A stretch of DNA of 64,000 nucleotides from an uncultured Methanomicrobiales archaeon (GCA_963758915.1 CAVWXH010000003.1:377906-441905), one strand, 5' to 3'. Counted from the first letter of the stretch, positions 9,516 to 20,157 are shown. A program made the numbers and translations. The notes: generated by a model not told the origin, from the letters alone.

Positions 9516-10808
9516 TCATTTCTCCTGACGGTTCCCCTTTCTCGTATACGGGAGGGAATACCGGTAGCTCACGATAAAGCCCATCACCAGTGCGATGGCC
9601 ATCGCAGGGATGAGTGCACTCTCAAAAACGATGGCGATGATCAGGGCAATGGCAATAGGACTCCGGAGGAGTGCGACACTGATACCGGCAATGACGCAGA
9701 CGAGGCAGACCGAGAGAGGAATGAAGGGAAAGAGCCGGAATACCAGGATCCCGACCGTACCCCCGATAAAGAAGCTCGGGAAGATGTATCCTCCCGCAAA
9801 TCCGGTGGAAAAGGAGAAGGTTACGAGGACGACCTTTATCACGACAAGGACGAAGAGCAGGAGGATGCTCACCTCGAGGTAGTTATTAATGAGGACCTGG
9901 AGCTGTTCATTACCCATGAAAAGGGCGAGAGGGAGGAGCATCCCGGCAATCCCTAATCCAAGACCTCCAATCAGCCCGAGGAGCACCGGCCGGTGCTCAA
10001 GCGGTTCGAATATTCCCCGCATTTTCTTGTACATAAGGATAAAAAATATCCCGCATGCCCCGCCAAGCACGCCAAGACCGACCGCATAGAGCAGATCGAT
10101 GTTCCGGAACTCCGCGTAGGCTGGCAACGTAAACACGTTGCCGAGGAATGAGCCGGATAGCAGGAAATAAGCCGCAAATCCTGCCGTGGCCGCAACGATG
10201 GATGGGAGGACCGCTTTCCAGGTCATGACACCTTTCTCGAGGGTGGTCTCGATGAAAATGAGGGGGCCGGCGAACGGTGATGTCAGGAATGCACCAAAGA
10301 ACCCACTGATGGCGGAGAGCGATGAGAGGGTGACGACCGGAGGGGGCATCCGGGCTTTCTCGGCAATCGTGGTACCTACCGAACCGGTAGAGACGGTCAG
10401 TGGCCCCTCCGGCCCGAGGGGCGCCCCGCAGACAAGGGAGACCAGTCCCCGGATAAAGAGTTCGATCCCCCGTTTCAGGTCAAACCGGCCTTTCTCGGTA
10501 AACTCGATAAGGTCCTCTGCCATGATGGCAATCTCACTGTTACAATAATGCCGTATCAGCCCGACACCAAGCCCCCCGAGGATACAGATCACCAGGATCA
10601 ATGGATTGAAGACCGGGGAGAGGGAGTACACTGGAATCCCGCTCCACAGGAACCCGGTGATGAGATCCTCCAGGAAGAAGAAGGCGACCATCAGGAGGGC
10701 GCCGATCACCCCGACAATGGAGACAAATACAAGCAGGAGATAGAACTTCCTGGTGTTTAACGAGTCCATTTCTTCATCGATCTCTCTACTGCTGACACTA
10801 TCAGGCAT
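9516..10808 (-). CDS. ClC/EriC-family chloride channel protein
   Basis: GPEGP (gating Glu), GFAGGYIFP, many TM segments. Confidence 0.88.
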   Translation of the reverse strand: MPDSVSSREIDEEMDSLNTRKFYLLLVFVSIVGVIGALLMVAFFFLEDLITGFLWSGIPVYSLSPVFNPLILVICILGGLGVGLIRHYCNSEIAIMAEDLIEFTEKGRFDLKRGIELFIRGLVSLVCGAPLGPEGPLTVSTGSVGTTIAEKARMPPPVVTLSSLSAISGFFGAFLTSPFAGPLIFIETTLEKGVMTWKAVLPSIVAATAGFAAYFLLSGSFLGNVFTLPAYAEFRNIDLLYAVGLGVLGGACGIFFILMYKKMRGIFEPLEHRPVLLGLIGGLGLGIAGMLLPLALFMGNEQLQVLINNYLEVSILLLFVLVVIKVVLVTFSFSTGFAGGYIFPSFFIGGTVGILVFRLFPFIPLSVCLVCVIAGISVALLRSPIAIALIIAIVFESALIPAMAIALVMGFIVSYRYSLPYTRKGNRQEK

Positions 10809-11046
10809 CGCTGTCTCCTTTACAGAATTAAAAACCGGGGAGTATTAAATGCCACCGCATTTACTTCGTGCCTTGTGCAGGGGAGGAGACACAGGGATGA
10901 GTATTCGTATTTTGACTGCCGGGGGTTTCTGGCGGTGACGTGATGGCAGGGACCGGATGGGGTGTTGTCCGGTGGGGAGGCAGCGGCAGAAACAGGAAAA
11001 GAGTAATACCTGTAACAACACCAGTCCTGTAAAGGGACAGGGCATA

Positions 11047-11670
11047 ATGGTAATTTCCGAACCCATCAGCAAGGTGAATTTAGAACGTATTACGAGCGGC
11101 ATCTTTGCATTCACCATGACGCTGCTCGCACGCGACATCGTGACAGCGAACCAGTATGCGAACGCTTCGTTCATAACCGTCGACCAGTTTTTTAACCACA
11201 CAATCTCATCAGTCATTGATTTTGTTGGCGTATTCATCCTTCTCGCGATGTTCTGGATGCTTTTTTTCCAGATGTTCCGCCGTATGACAACCTATGATTA
11301 CCACTTTCTCCATGTCTTTATGCTCGCGTTGATGGCCATTGTATTAATTCCATTCTCCTCTTCATTCAGCAATTTAAGTGAGAATATCACATTTGCGGAC
11401 CTTTTTTTCCAGGTCAATTATTTTGTGCTGGGGATAATTCTCGTGTATTTGTGGCACTATGCGAGATCGAAACCTGCTTTGCTTGACGAAGGGCTCACCA
11501 GAACAGACGCGACATTCCTCTCCTATAAGCTAGTGGTCCCTCCTTCCGTGGCACTGGCCGGGATCATACTGGCATTGACCGGCTTCAAATACCTGGATTT
11601 GCTGTATTTCGTACCGTTTATCATTTTAGGCCTGTTTTTCAGGAGCCCTCCTGCTGAGCCAGCCGATTAA
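11047..11670 (+). CDS. TMEM175 (DUF1211) family channel protein
   Basis: LERITSGIFAFTMTLL resembles the helix-1 motif; FW..., LIPFSS, LWHYA; about 6 TM. Confidence 0.8.
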   Translation: MVISEPISKVNLERITSGIFAFTMTLLARDIVTANQYANASFITVDQFFNHTISSVIDFVGVFILLAMFWMLFFQMFRRMTTYDYHFLHVFMLALMAIVLIPFSSSFSNLSENITFADLFFQVNYFVLGIILVYLWHYARSKPALLDEGLTRTDATFLSYKLVVPPSVALAGIILALTGFKYLDLLYFVPFIILGLFFRSPPAEPAD

Positions 11671-11933
11671 AACCAAAATGTACGTGGGAGACGGTTCAGC
11701 ATGATCCGGAACCGCTTGCAACGGTGATACCATCGCTGCTTCGGGAATATGCCCGGGTTGTTCACCAGGAGCCGTACATATGCTTTCGTCGATATCAAAA
11801 AAGTGAGAGAGTCAGCTGCCAACAGGCCGAGGACCCCTGGTAAGAAGATGATTAACGTCGGAACATTTTTTGTTATCAGGACAGTGAGGGGCGGTGTTGA
11901 TAGGCAGTAACAACAAATGCAGAATACCGCAGT

Positions 11934-12485
11934 ATGAGTGGGAGGATGAAAAAAATGGAAAAGAATGGAATTTCTACCGGTAATCCGCAGGCATTGAGAT
12001 CACTCATTGTTGTTTTCTCCTACCATCATAAGAACACGGAGAAGATCGCAAAAGCCTGTGCCGAAGTGCTTGGTGCAACGGTAACAACGCCGCAGCAGGT
12101 TACGCCCGAAGAGATACATGAGTACGACCTGGTAGGCTTCGGCTCGGGGATCTACAGCGCTACATTCCATAAATCCGTCCTTGACCTTGCCGACAGGCTG
12201 CCACAGGCGGATAACACGAACGTATTCCTCTTCTCAACCTACGGGGCCCCGGCCTTCATCGCGAACAGGGAATTCGTGGAAAAAAACCACGGGCAGATCC
12301 GGGAAAAACTGCGGGCGAAAGGGTATACGGTCATTGGTGAGTTCGGGTGTGCGGGATGGAACACGAACAGTTTCTTACAATATTTCGGAGGCCTCAATAA
12401 AGGCAGGCCAGATGCCGAAGACCTGAAGAATGCGGGAACGTTTGCCCGGCAGATGAGGGAGAACGCTGAAGGAAAGACGTCATAA
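11934..12485 (+). CDS. Flavodoxin family protein
   Basis: SYHHKNTEKIA, YDLVGFGSGIY, FSTYG, GGLNKGRPD; true start may be a downstream Met. Confidence 0.9.
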   Translation: MSGRMKKMEKNGISTGNPQALRSLIVVFSYHHKNTEKIAKACAEVLGATVTTPQQVTPEEIHEYDLVGFGSGIYSATFHKSVLDLADRLPQADNTNVFLFSTYGAPAFIANREFVEKNHGQIREKLRAKGYTVIGEFGCAGWNTNSFLQYFGGLNKGRPDAEDLKNAGTFARQMRENAEGKTS

Positions 12486-12704
12486 CGATGGATCAGGGTA
12501 ACAGCACCAGGCAGACCCTGGGAAACTAAAAAATGACAACCCGTCAGCATTGTGATTGTCACCCACTACACCATTCTTACCGTCAACTATGTATTTTTTA
12601 AAATAAGACACACTTCACTGTGATAATAAAAAAAATAACCGATATCTTAAATTTTGATAGTTAATAAGAGTTAAATCACGAATAATCGATTAAGAGGATC
12701 GTTT

Positions 12705-13580
12705 ATGGACAAGGCACATAGTTCAACCCTGGTAATCGCTGTAATGATCTGCCTCCTCGTGACGGCAGGGTGTATAACTGCCCCCGGTACCCCCGGCACA
12801 CCCGCACCGGTGACCTGCCCACCTGCAGGTCAGGCAGTCAGACAACCTCAACCCGTTTCGTTCAATGCAACACCCGTCCAGTATGCACAAGTCAACGGCG
12901 TTACGCTTGGATACCGGGAATTCGGGTCCGGAGAACCGCTCCTGATGGTCCAGGGATTCGGGGATACCATTAATTACTGGAATGAGACGTTCATTGGCAT
13001 CCTTGCATCGAAATACCATGTCTATACCTATGACCACCGGGGGATGGGATATAGCAGCGAATTTAATGAGACACCCACTATTGCTCTCTATGCAGATGAT
13101 GCCGCCAAACTGATGCCAGCCCTTGGTTATGACAGCATGAACGTGTACGGAGTCTCGATGGGTTCAACGGTTTCCCAGCAGCTGGTTATCGATCACCCTG
13201 AACGCGTCCGAAAACTTGTGCTGGATTCTGTGACCTACAGCATCCGGATCCCGGAGACTAAACTGCTGTACGATATTATTGTAGTGTCTGGTATCGATCC
13301 CAATATGACTAAGGGTGTCCACCAGGAGTCACAGGCCAACCTCGCGTGGAGCGGGTCCTGGGACCATCTTTCCGGCATTAATAAGAGTGTCATGCTCGTC
13401 GTGGGTACCGCAGACGTACTGACACCACCGCCGGTTACGTACCAGATCGCCGGGCAGATCAACGGATCGTGGCTCGTGCGGTTCAAGGATCTCCCGCATT
13501 TCGGATCCAACTATGCACCTGTCGAGTATGGAGCGAATGCACTTGCATTCCTTGGCAATAATGAATCGCCACCATATTAA
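12705..13580 (+). CDS. Lipoprotein alpha/beta hydrolase
   Basis: Lipobox TAGC; DHRGMGYS, GVSMG, GTADVLTP, C-terminal His. Confidence 0.9.
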   Translation: MDKAHSSTLVIAVMICLLVTAGCITAPGTPGTPAPVTCPPAGQAVRQPQPVSFNATPVQYAQVNGVTLGYREFGSGEPLLMVQGFGDTINYWNETFIGILASKYHVYTYDHRGMGYSSEFNETPTIALYADDAAKLMPALGYDSMNVYGVSMGSTVSQQLVIDHPERVRKLVLDSVTYSIRIPETKLLYDIIVVSGIDPNMTKGVHQESQANLAWSGSWDHLSGINKSVMLVVGTADVLTPPPVTYQIAGQINGSWLVRFKDLPHFGSNYAPVEYGANALAFLGNNESPPY

Positions 13581-13954
13581 CATAAATTCTTTTTCCGGGA
13601 AATGACCGGAATATAATTTCCCCCTTGGCAATTCTTCGATAAAATTCCATTTACTCAGGCAGGGCAGGTATTTTTATTCTTCAACGATAAGAACCTCAAT
13701 CACAACATGTCCCACGGGGATATTGGCCGGGAAGGGAAAAGACGATTACATGAAATTCGTCACCGGACCAATAGATCCTTTGGTGCCGTGTCATATACCG
13801 GTAGTTGTTCCGGGGAATCAAAACCGGTAACCCCGGTTTTATATCAATATTTGCAACACCGGGGAAATGGTATATACTCCCCTGCTCCATGCTGGTTATC
13901 TCTGGTAAATAACATAATATCTAAATTATTCCGGGGAATGGAGAAAACGATATC

Positions 13955-14167
13955 ATGACTGATAATTTAAAAGTAGAGGCCAACAAGGCCGCAGATGATG
14001 TCCGTGTTGCGGCACATGCCACATACGATGATATAAAAGTAGCGACCCATAACGCCCTCAAAGATGCAGGGGATATATCAGATGATGCAAAAATCAGCGT
14101 TCATAAAACCGTATCTGATGTAAAAATTGCGGCACACGAAGCCGGTTCAGAATTAAAGAAGAGATAA
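13955..14167 (+). CDS. Small hydrophilic 11-mer repeat protein (LEA/CsbD-like)
   Basis: DDVRVAAHATY / DDIKVATHNAL / DDAKISVHKTV / SDVKIAAHEAG. Confidence 0.7.
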   Translation: MTDNLKVEANKAADDVRVAAHATYDDIKVATHNALKDAGDISDDAKISVHKTVSDVKIAAHEAGSELKKR

Positions 14168-14186
14168 ACGTGGGAGGTGAAACAAT

Positions 14187-14348
14187 ATGGATTTAATCTG
14201 GCTGGCCGTCGTATTCCTCATACTGGCATTAGTGTTCTACATTTTTGGTGCAAGAGGGATCGCCGGGTTCACAATGGAAATAGCGAAGATCCTTGTAATT
14301 ATCTTCATTATCATCGCGGTCATAACATTCCTCTTTGGCCGCTTCTGA
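14187..14348 (+). CDS. DUF1328/UPF0391 small membrane protein (53 aa), absent from the ORF track
   Basis: MDLIWLAVVFLILALVFYIFGARGIAGFTMEIAKILVIIFIIIAVITFLFGRF*; SD GGAGGTGA at 14173-14180. Confidence 0.88.
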   Translation: MDLIWLAVVFLILALVFYIFGARGIAGFTMEIAKILVIIFIIIAVITFLFGRF

Positions 14349-14459
14349 ATCTTTTTACAAAGATTCATGTTATCCTACATTTTAAAAACATCACAGAAAA
14401 AACAAGAGGGATTTTCCCCCGCAATCGGGGGAATTGGAAGTCCTTCCTGTTTTTTTATC

Positions 14460-15281
14460 TCAGAGTAGCCTTGCCCCTGACTGGTAGGTCATGGTCTTGG
14501 TGAATGAATTGATGTACCCATTTGCTGTGGATTTTTCTTCGCCCGAGAGATCTGACGCCTTTGTCAGGCTGCTGCCACTTCCACCCTGCAGATGCAGTTT
14601 CATGTACGCTGCGACAAGCCCGTAACCCGGAATAGTCCCGCTTGCGGTATTAACGCCGTGAGCATTGATGCTGTAGGCTAATGCCACCGGTATGTCCTGG
14701 GTTGCAACGACTGTCCGGCTGGATGCCTGGGTTGAGAGCGAGATAATGTTACTGTCAACGTGGCTCCCGGCCTGCGCAATATTACAGTATGCAGGGAGTG
14801 TGCTGGTGCTGGACGGTCCGAACGGACAGAGGAACTGGCCCGCAGCTGATGTCGGCATGCCTACCGTATTAATAAGCAAGCTCTCATCAGAGACCATGTT
14901 TCCGCCATTAAGCCCCTCAAATGTTATCTGACGTAATGATTCGACATTACTCTGGGCGATGTTCTTGTTCCCGGTATCGAGGCTGAAGTCCTTTACATAC
15001 ACGGTGTGCCCGTTCATCGCATTAGTGTTTTCAGAGTATACGGTGGTCTGGACAACTTCACTGTCGGATAACGGGGGGTTGTCCTGCATTGATCCGCTGC
15101 TGGAAGTCCATGCAAGATCAACTACGTTACTCGCAGACCCAACGACATCGATATACGTGGTCGTTGTGATACCCTGGATTTCAGGTGTCTGGTTCACGCC
15201 ATCTGCTGATACGCTGATGCTGAGCGCTACGAGCACCAGGAATACAGATAGAATCCAAATTATTCCTTTTCCAATTTCCAT
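14460..15281 (-). CDS. Secreted MspA/sheath-protein-like paralog lacking the variable insert
   Basis: Signal peptide; PEIQ, DTGNK, GGNMVSDE, LCPF...LPAYCNI, C-terminal FTKTMTYQSGARLL shared with the 21.7-28 kb paralogs. Confidence 0.75.
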   Translation of the reverse strand: MEIGKGIIWILSVFLVLVALSISVSADGVNQTPEIQGITTTTYIDVVGSASNVVDLAWTSSSGSMQDNPPLSDSEVVQTTVYSENTNAMNGHTVYVKDFSLDTGNKNIAQSNVESLRQITFEGLNGGNMVSDESLLINTVGMPTSAAGQFLCPFGPSSTSTLPAYCNIAQAGSHVDSNIISLSTQASSRTVVATQDIPVALAYSINAHGVNTASGTIPGYGLVAAYMKLHLQGGSGSSLTKASDLSGEEKSTANGYINSFTKTMTYQSGARLL

Positions 15282-16090
15282 TAACGCCTCCTGTTTGTTG
15301 CTGATCAGCCCGGTACGCTTTGAGAGGTGGGATTAATAGGTTTCTAGTCGTGACATAGTTTTTTCTCCTGGATTTCGTTCCGGAAAATGAAAATTCCAGG
15401 TTTCGCAAAATAAATTCCTGAATCTATCATATGTTGAAAAAATCCAAGTCCCGCTAATTAATTTCGTTATTGCTACAACACGCCATCATTTGAATGGAGT
15501 AGATTCGAAGATCGCAACACATTCGAATGGAGAGGAGAAATATCAAAAAAATTACAATCCTACCATAACAACAGAAGTATCTCAATATTCCCCTCAGGCG
15601 ACCTTTCCTAAAGCATTTTCCAGATTCTTCCGGCGTCCCGGTTTTCATACATTAAGTGCAGGCGGTGCCGGATGGCGGTAACAGAACGTGGGGGTTGTGG
15701 AAATATGCGAAAATCCCGGCATTGCAGGTCCATAAACCGCATAAAGCTATACGATGTAGTACGTTGTTCATCCCGGGATGAACCTACATGAGATCAATCA
15801 CACCCCCCTGCACACGCCCTGAGTTCATACGATCCCATACCCCAAACAGGGCATGAATTTCGATCGGCCCGATACCGCTCTGCCCCTGTTGTAAACGGCC
15901 AGTTCTCTGCCGTCCCACGCATTCCCGGACTGCATCCAAGTGTTCGTAATACCACGCGGTCCTGCCGGGGTTGTATATTGTGGATTACCTCGCCGTTCGT
16001 TGATGAGAACAGGCATCAGGTAGTCTGTTGTAACCGGGAACACGAACACTGCAAAAACCTTTTATTCCCCAGCTTTCACAGTATGACGGT

Positions 16091-16558
16091 ATGGGAATGA
16101 AAGAAAACTTTACCGCAGACGAGTGGAAGAACCTGGTATCTCTGCCGTACGCGATCTCAATGGCGGTAATCGCTGCAGCCCCGAACATTATGGGGCTCTG
16201 GAGTGAGACGAAGTCCATGATGCAGGAGCCCCAGAACCTGGCCGCTTCGAGCGGCAGTGCCCTTGCCGGGCTTATCATTGCAGAGGCACAGGCACAGCTC
16301 AAGGAACTGGTATCCGGGCAGCAGCACCAGTGGAAAGAGGACCAGGCCGGATATCGGACCAGGGTCGTCACCGCCTGCAAATCCGCTGCGGCTGCCCTCG
16401 GCAAGGTCCCCCCGGAAGAGGCCCTGGCCTACAAAAAATGGGTGCTTGCCGTCGGCCTGAAGGTTGCCGAGGCCTCAAAGGAGGACGGGAATGCGGTAAG
16501 TGCCCCGGAGAAGACGGCTCTGGATGAGATCTCCGCCGCACTTGGCGCCAGTATGTAG
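16091..16558 (+). CDS. Conserved hypothetical helical protein
   Basis: Clean 155-aa ORF with high coding GC; YKKWVLAVGLKVAEASKE...VSAPEK motif of a widespread uncharacterised family. Confidence 0.8.
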   Translation: MGMKENFTADEWKNLVSLPYAISMAVIAAAPNIMGLWSETKSMMQEPQNLAASSGSALAGLIIAEAQAQLKELVSGQQHQWKEDQAGYRTRVVTACKSAAAALGKVPPEEALAYKKWVLAVGLKVAEASKEDGNAVSAPEKTALDEISAALGASM

Positions 16559-16818
16559 AGGCCCCGGGGTTTTTTTCAACCGGCCTTTCAGGCTACAATA
16601 TTTTCCAGCCAGGTTGCAGGGATGAATCCCGAAATAATGATATCATCTCGTACTGTCAGTCCCCCTTATTCACGGGGCTAGGGTGGATATATATGTCATA
16701 TGACCAACATTGCCCGTATCAAGGGCATCTGGACGGGGTGGCTGGGAATACTTATTTGATAAGTAACTATTTATTCCTGAAAATGGTGTTTTATTTATAT
16801 CAAGGGGGTTAAAAGCAC

Positions 16819-17004
16819 ATGACTGGTGAAGAAAAGCGGGAATATATATCATTTAAACATGGTCCCTGCCAAACAACTTACTCAATTGATGTCACGTTCA
16901 TAGAAGTACCTCATAGCATTAGCAGTACAAATAAATACCAGACCTCATTCCAATGTCCAAAATGTAAGGGTAGTAGGGAGACACTTACTATACGAGGAAG
17001 GTGA
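16819..17004 (+). CDS. Small zinc-ribbon-like protein (61 aa)
   Basis: HGPC...CPKC; TTTATAT box at about 16794; 36 nt upstream of the next ORF. Confidence 0.55.
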   Translation: MTGEEKREYISFKHGPCQTTYSIDVTFIEVPHSISSTNKYQTSFQCPKCKGSRETLTIRGR

Positions 17005-17040
17005 CGTGAAAGATAAACCCGAAGGAGAGGTGTTAAACTC

Positions 17041-17745
17041 ATGACCGTCATTGCACGACCCGAGTTTCCAGAGGAAAAAGAGTGGATCACCTGGCAGGAT
17101 ACCGAACAGAAGACATTTTCTACAAATATTATTACCGCTACGGACAAATCTGAAACTATTTTTACCGCCCTTAACGGGGTATATATGGCATTACTTGCTT
17201 TTTTTGGACTATCCAGCAATAGCGTTTTAACAAATTTTAAGCCCCCTGTTGTTTTTCTATTCTTAATCCCACCCGTCTTCTGGTTAATTGGAATGTATTG
17301 TTTCATGCAGGTAAAAAAGCCATATATCGCAAAACAACGTCCAAATGACGCAAGTGCAATCAGGAGAGACCTCTATAAATCAAACATAATAAAAGCAAAC
17401 AGTTATAAATGGGGAATAACGTTTTTCTCAATTGGGGTGCTCTCAATCATTTTTGCAGTGGTTGGGGGGTTGTATTTCACAAGCATACCTGTCCAGCCAA
17501 CGACATTTACTGAGTCAAATATTCAACTGGTTTTCATGGATGACCAGGCATCATGGCTCTCACAAATTCCGATGGAGTTTGTCCCGGGTACTAACACAAC
17601 AACCAATGTCACGCTCGTGAATATGACTGAGACTGGATATCGTGTTATGTTGGCGAATGGAGATAGTGTGGACGTCCAGAAGGCCTGGGTGAAGACAGTT
17701 ATCTGGAAACCGAAACCCCCAGAACCAGCTCTCCAACCTGGTTAA
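17041..17745 (+). CDS. Hypothetical 3-TM membrane protein with a C-terminal beta domain
   Basis: Three hydrophobic segments; SD GGAGAGGTG; AT-rich. Confidence 0.75.
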   Translation: MTVIARPEFPEEKEWITWQDTEQKTFSTNIITATDKSETIFTALNGVYMALLAFFGLSSNSVLTNFKPPVVFLFLIPPVFWLIGMYCFMQVKKPYIAKQRPNDASAIRRDLYKSNIIKANSYKWGITFFSIGVLSIIFAVVGGLYFTSIPVQPTTFTESNIQLVFMDDQASWLSQIPMEFVPGTNTTTNVTLVNMTETGYRVMLANGDSVDVQKAWVKTVIWKPKPPEPALQPG

Positions 17746-18105
17746 ATTACCAATACCATTTTTAACAGCGCCCTTAGTGTTGCATTGGTGCATAATTTTA
17801 TTGATGAATTTCTACAAATTGCTAATATAATACAGAATTCTCTCCAATATGCGACATAAATACAAAACGCCTGAGTCTTTCCTTCACAAAATTCTAAAAT
17901 TTTTCAACACCGTTGATACAGACTTTTCCCGCTTGAATTTTAACGGGTAGTCATCCCCCTGCCCCCTCAAACACCCCTTCCAATCCCTCAAAAAAACGCA
18001 CTAATATATAGGCTCCATACGATCACCCCTCCGGAAAGAATCCCGACCACAAACCACTTGGCACCTTGCGTACCACCTTTTCTGCAATACGTTCAGGTTT
18101 TTAAA

Positions 18106-19203
18106 ATGAACAAGTCTGATTCCGAATGCGGAGAGGCGCATTCCTATACCCTGAAGCAACTCGGCTGGACAGAAGAACATACCCTGGCCTTTTCAAAATA
18201 TTCCGGACCCTATGTACCCGGCCGCGTGGCCTGCCGGCAGAAAACCATCTGGGATGTTTTTATAGACGGGGGATCTGTTGCCGCTGGGATCTCCGGAGCC
18301 CTGCGAAAACTGGGCCGCTTTCCCGCAGTGGGCGATTTTGTCGTGCTGCTTCACCAGCCGGAAGCCGGCTCCTCCACGATCGTTGATATCCTGCCGCAGA
18401 AATCTGTATTCACACGGGGAACTTCCGGGAAAGAAGGCACAGACCAGGTCATTGCAGCCAACATCGATATCGTGTTTATTGTCACGGCAGCCGGTCATGA
18501 CCTCAACGCAAGGAGGATCGAACGGTACCTCACAATCGCCCATGCATCTGGTGCAAAACCGGTAATCGTGATTAATAAATCCGATCTTGCGGATGACCCT
18601 GCTGTGCTCACGGATGAAATTATCCCGGTCGCATCCGGTATTCCGGTTATTCCCGTGAGTGCCATCAGTGGTTATGGGATCAACCGGCTCGAACCGTTCC
18701 TTACATCCGGCACAACGGTCGTACTCATCGGTTCATCCGGTGTCGGCAAGTCCACGCTGATCAACCGTCTGCTGGACCGGCCTGTCCAGGAAACCTCCGT
18801 TATCCGCGACTATGACGGGAAAGGCCGGCATACAACAACCGTACGGCAGCTCTTCGTTATGAAGAGCGGGGCACTCATGATCGATAATCCCGGGCTCCGT
18901 GAGGTTGGCATTGGTACGGCATCCGCCGGCATTGCCGAAACATTTCCGGATATTCTAAAATTTGCATCCGGGTGCCGGTTCTCGGACTGCCAGCACGAAC
19001 AGGAGCCGGGATGTGCCGTGCTGGAAGCAGTGGGGAGCGGGACACTTTCTTCATCACGGCTGGAAAATTATCACCGGCTCGTGCGGGAACTTGCATTCGA
19101 GCAGGAGAAAGCCGAGATAGGGCTCGCACGGTCTGAACGAAAGCGGTGGAAGGGAATCACGAAACTCGCAAAGGAGATCAAAAAGGGGAACGGGGATTTT
19201 TAA
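18106..19203 (+). CDS. rsgA: Ribosome small subunit-dependent GTPase A
   Basis: Permuted GTPase order INKSD (G4), GSSGVGKS (G1), GRHTTT (G2), DNPG (G3); Zn site CRFSDCQHEQEPGC. Confidence 0.95.
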   Translation: MNKSDSECGEAHSYTLKQLGWTEEHTLAFSKYSGPYVPGRVACRQKTIWDVFIDGGSVAAGISGALRKLGRFPAVGDFVVLLHQPEAGSSTIVDILPQKSVFTRGTSGKEGTDQVIAANIDIVFIVTAAGHDLNARRIERYLTIAHASGAKPVIVINKSDLADDPAVLTDEIIPVASGIPVIPVSAISGYGINRLEPFLTSGTTVVLIGSSGVGKSTLINRLLDRPVQETSVIRDYDGKGRHTTTVRQLFVMKSGALMIDNPGLREVGIGTASAGIAETFPDILKFASGCRFSDCQHEQEPGCAVLEAVGSGTLSSSRLENYHRLVRELAFEQEKAEIGLARSERKRWKGITKLAKEIKKGNGDF

Positions 19204-19293
19204 AGGAACTAAGTATGTTCGATTTTTGATTATAATCGCAGCCGGTTGTGGGTTATGTTAAAAAACGTATTGAAAATTATTACCCTTACAACC

Positions 19294-20157
19294 CTACAAC
19301 CCGCCCTCGGGTTTCGGCATCTTTGGGAGCATGTACCGGAGGTACCAGAAGACAAGCCCGAGAACGATGCTTATGAGCACCACATACCAGCCGAACTCGC
19401 CGAGCATCGCCCCCCCGGCCCCGGTTGTTGCTGTTAACACGGGGTAGAATTCCTGGGTGAAGTAGTTATCGAACCCATGAAGGAGGACTGCCGGCCAGAT
19501 GCTCCCGGACCGGAGCCGGATCCATGCAAAGAGGGTGGAGCCGCCAATCATGGCGAGGAAGAACATGACCATCGAGTACCCAAGGCCGCCTGCTCCGGAA
19601 TATCCCCCGGCGAGCATGACCGGAACGTGCCAGCAAAACCAGATGAATGCGGAGATGATCGCAATCCAGGTAAACGTGGTGAACCTGCCGAGCTCGGGGA
19701 CAAGCAGCCCCCGCCACCCGAGCTCCTCGCCCGTTGCCGATACGAGACTGTAGCCAATCGCAATCACGATTCCCTGCAGGAACGGCAGCGCAAGCATGGC
19801 TGCCGCCTTGTCCGGCAGGAACGGCGCAATGCCGGAAACCCACGCGGTGCCGAACATCACGAGCCCGACCGCAATGGGGATGACGATCGCAAGGAGCCAC
19901 CACCGGAGCTCGCCGATCTTAAACCCGAATCCCTCAAGGTTACCCTGGAAGGCGAGACGGGTCACGATAGCCGCAACCGCGGGACACCACATGAGGAGAA
20001 ACACCGAGTTTCTGAGTATGCCGGTATCTATTGCAAACTGCGGTTTTGCTGCGATGATGTACCAGAAGATCGACGAAAGTGCGAAAACGAGCACGAGGTA
20101 GGCTGCAACAACATGTTTCGGGTTGGTCAGCCGGGGTGCATCTGCCGGTTCTGCCAT
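19294..20157 (-). CDS. CPBP (CAAX/Abi) intramembrane metalloprotease
   Basis: GEELGWRG, WH, LLHGFDN motifs; multiple TM. Confidence 0.92.
   Translation of the reverse strand: MAEPADAPRLTNPKHVVAAYLVLVFALSSIFWYIIAAKPQFAIDTGILRNSVFLLMWCPAVAAIVTRLAFQGNLEGFGFKIGELRWWLLAIVIPIAVGLVMFGTAWVSGIAPFLPDKAAAMLALPFLQGIVIAIGYSLVSATGEELGWRGLLVPELGRFTTFTWIAIISAFIWFCWHVPVMLAGGYSGAGGLGYSMVMFFLAMIGGSTLFAWIRLRSGSIWPAVLLHGFDNYFTQEFYPVLTATTGAGGAMLGEFGWYVVLISIVLGLVFWYLRYMLPKMPKPEGGL

Noticed and set aside
10809-11046. Fluoride riboswitch upstream of the ClC gene
   Set aside because: No crcB-motif consensus is visible, and the ClC lacks the CLC-F GREGT/GEVTP signatures.
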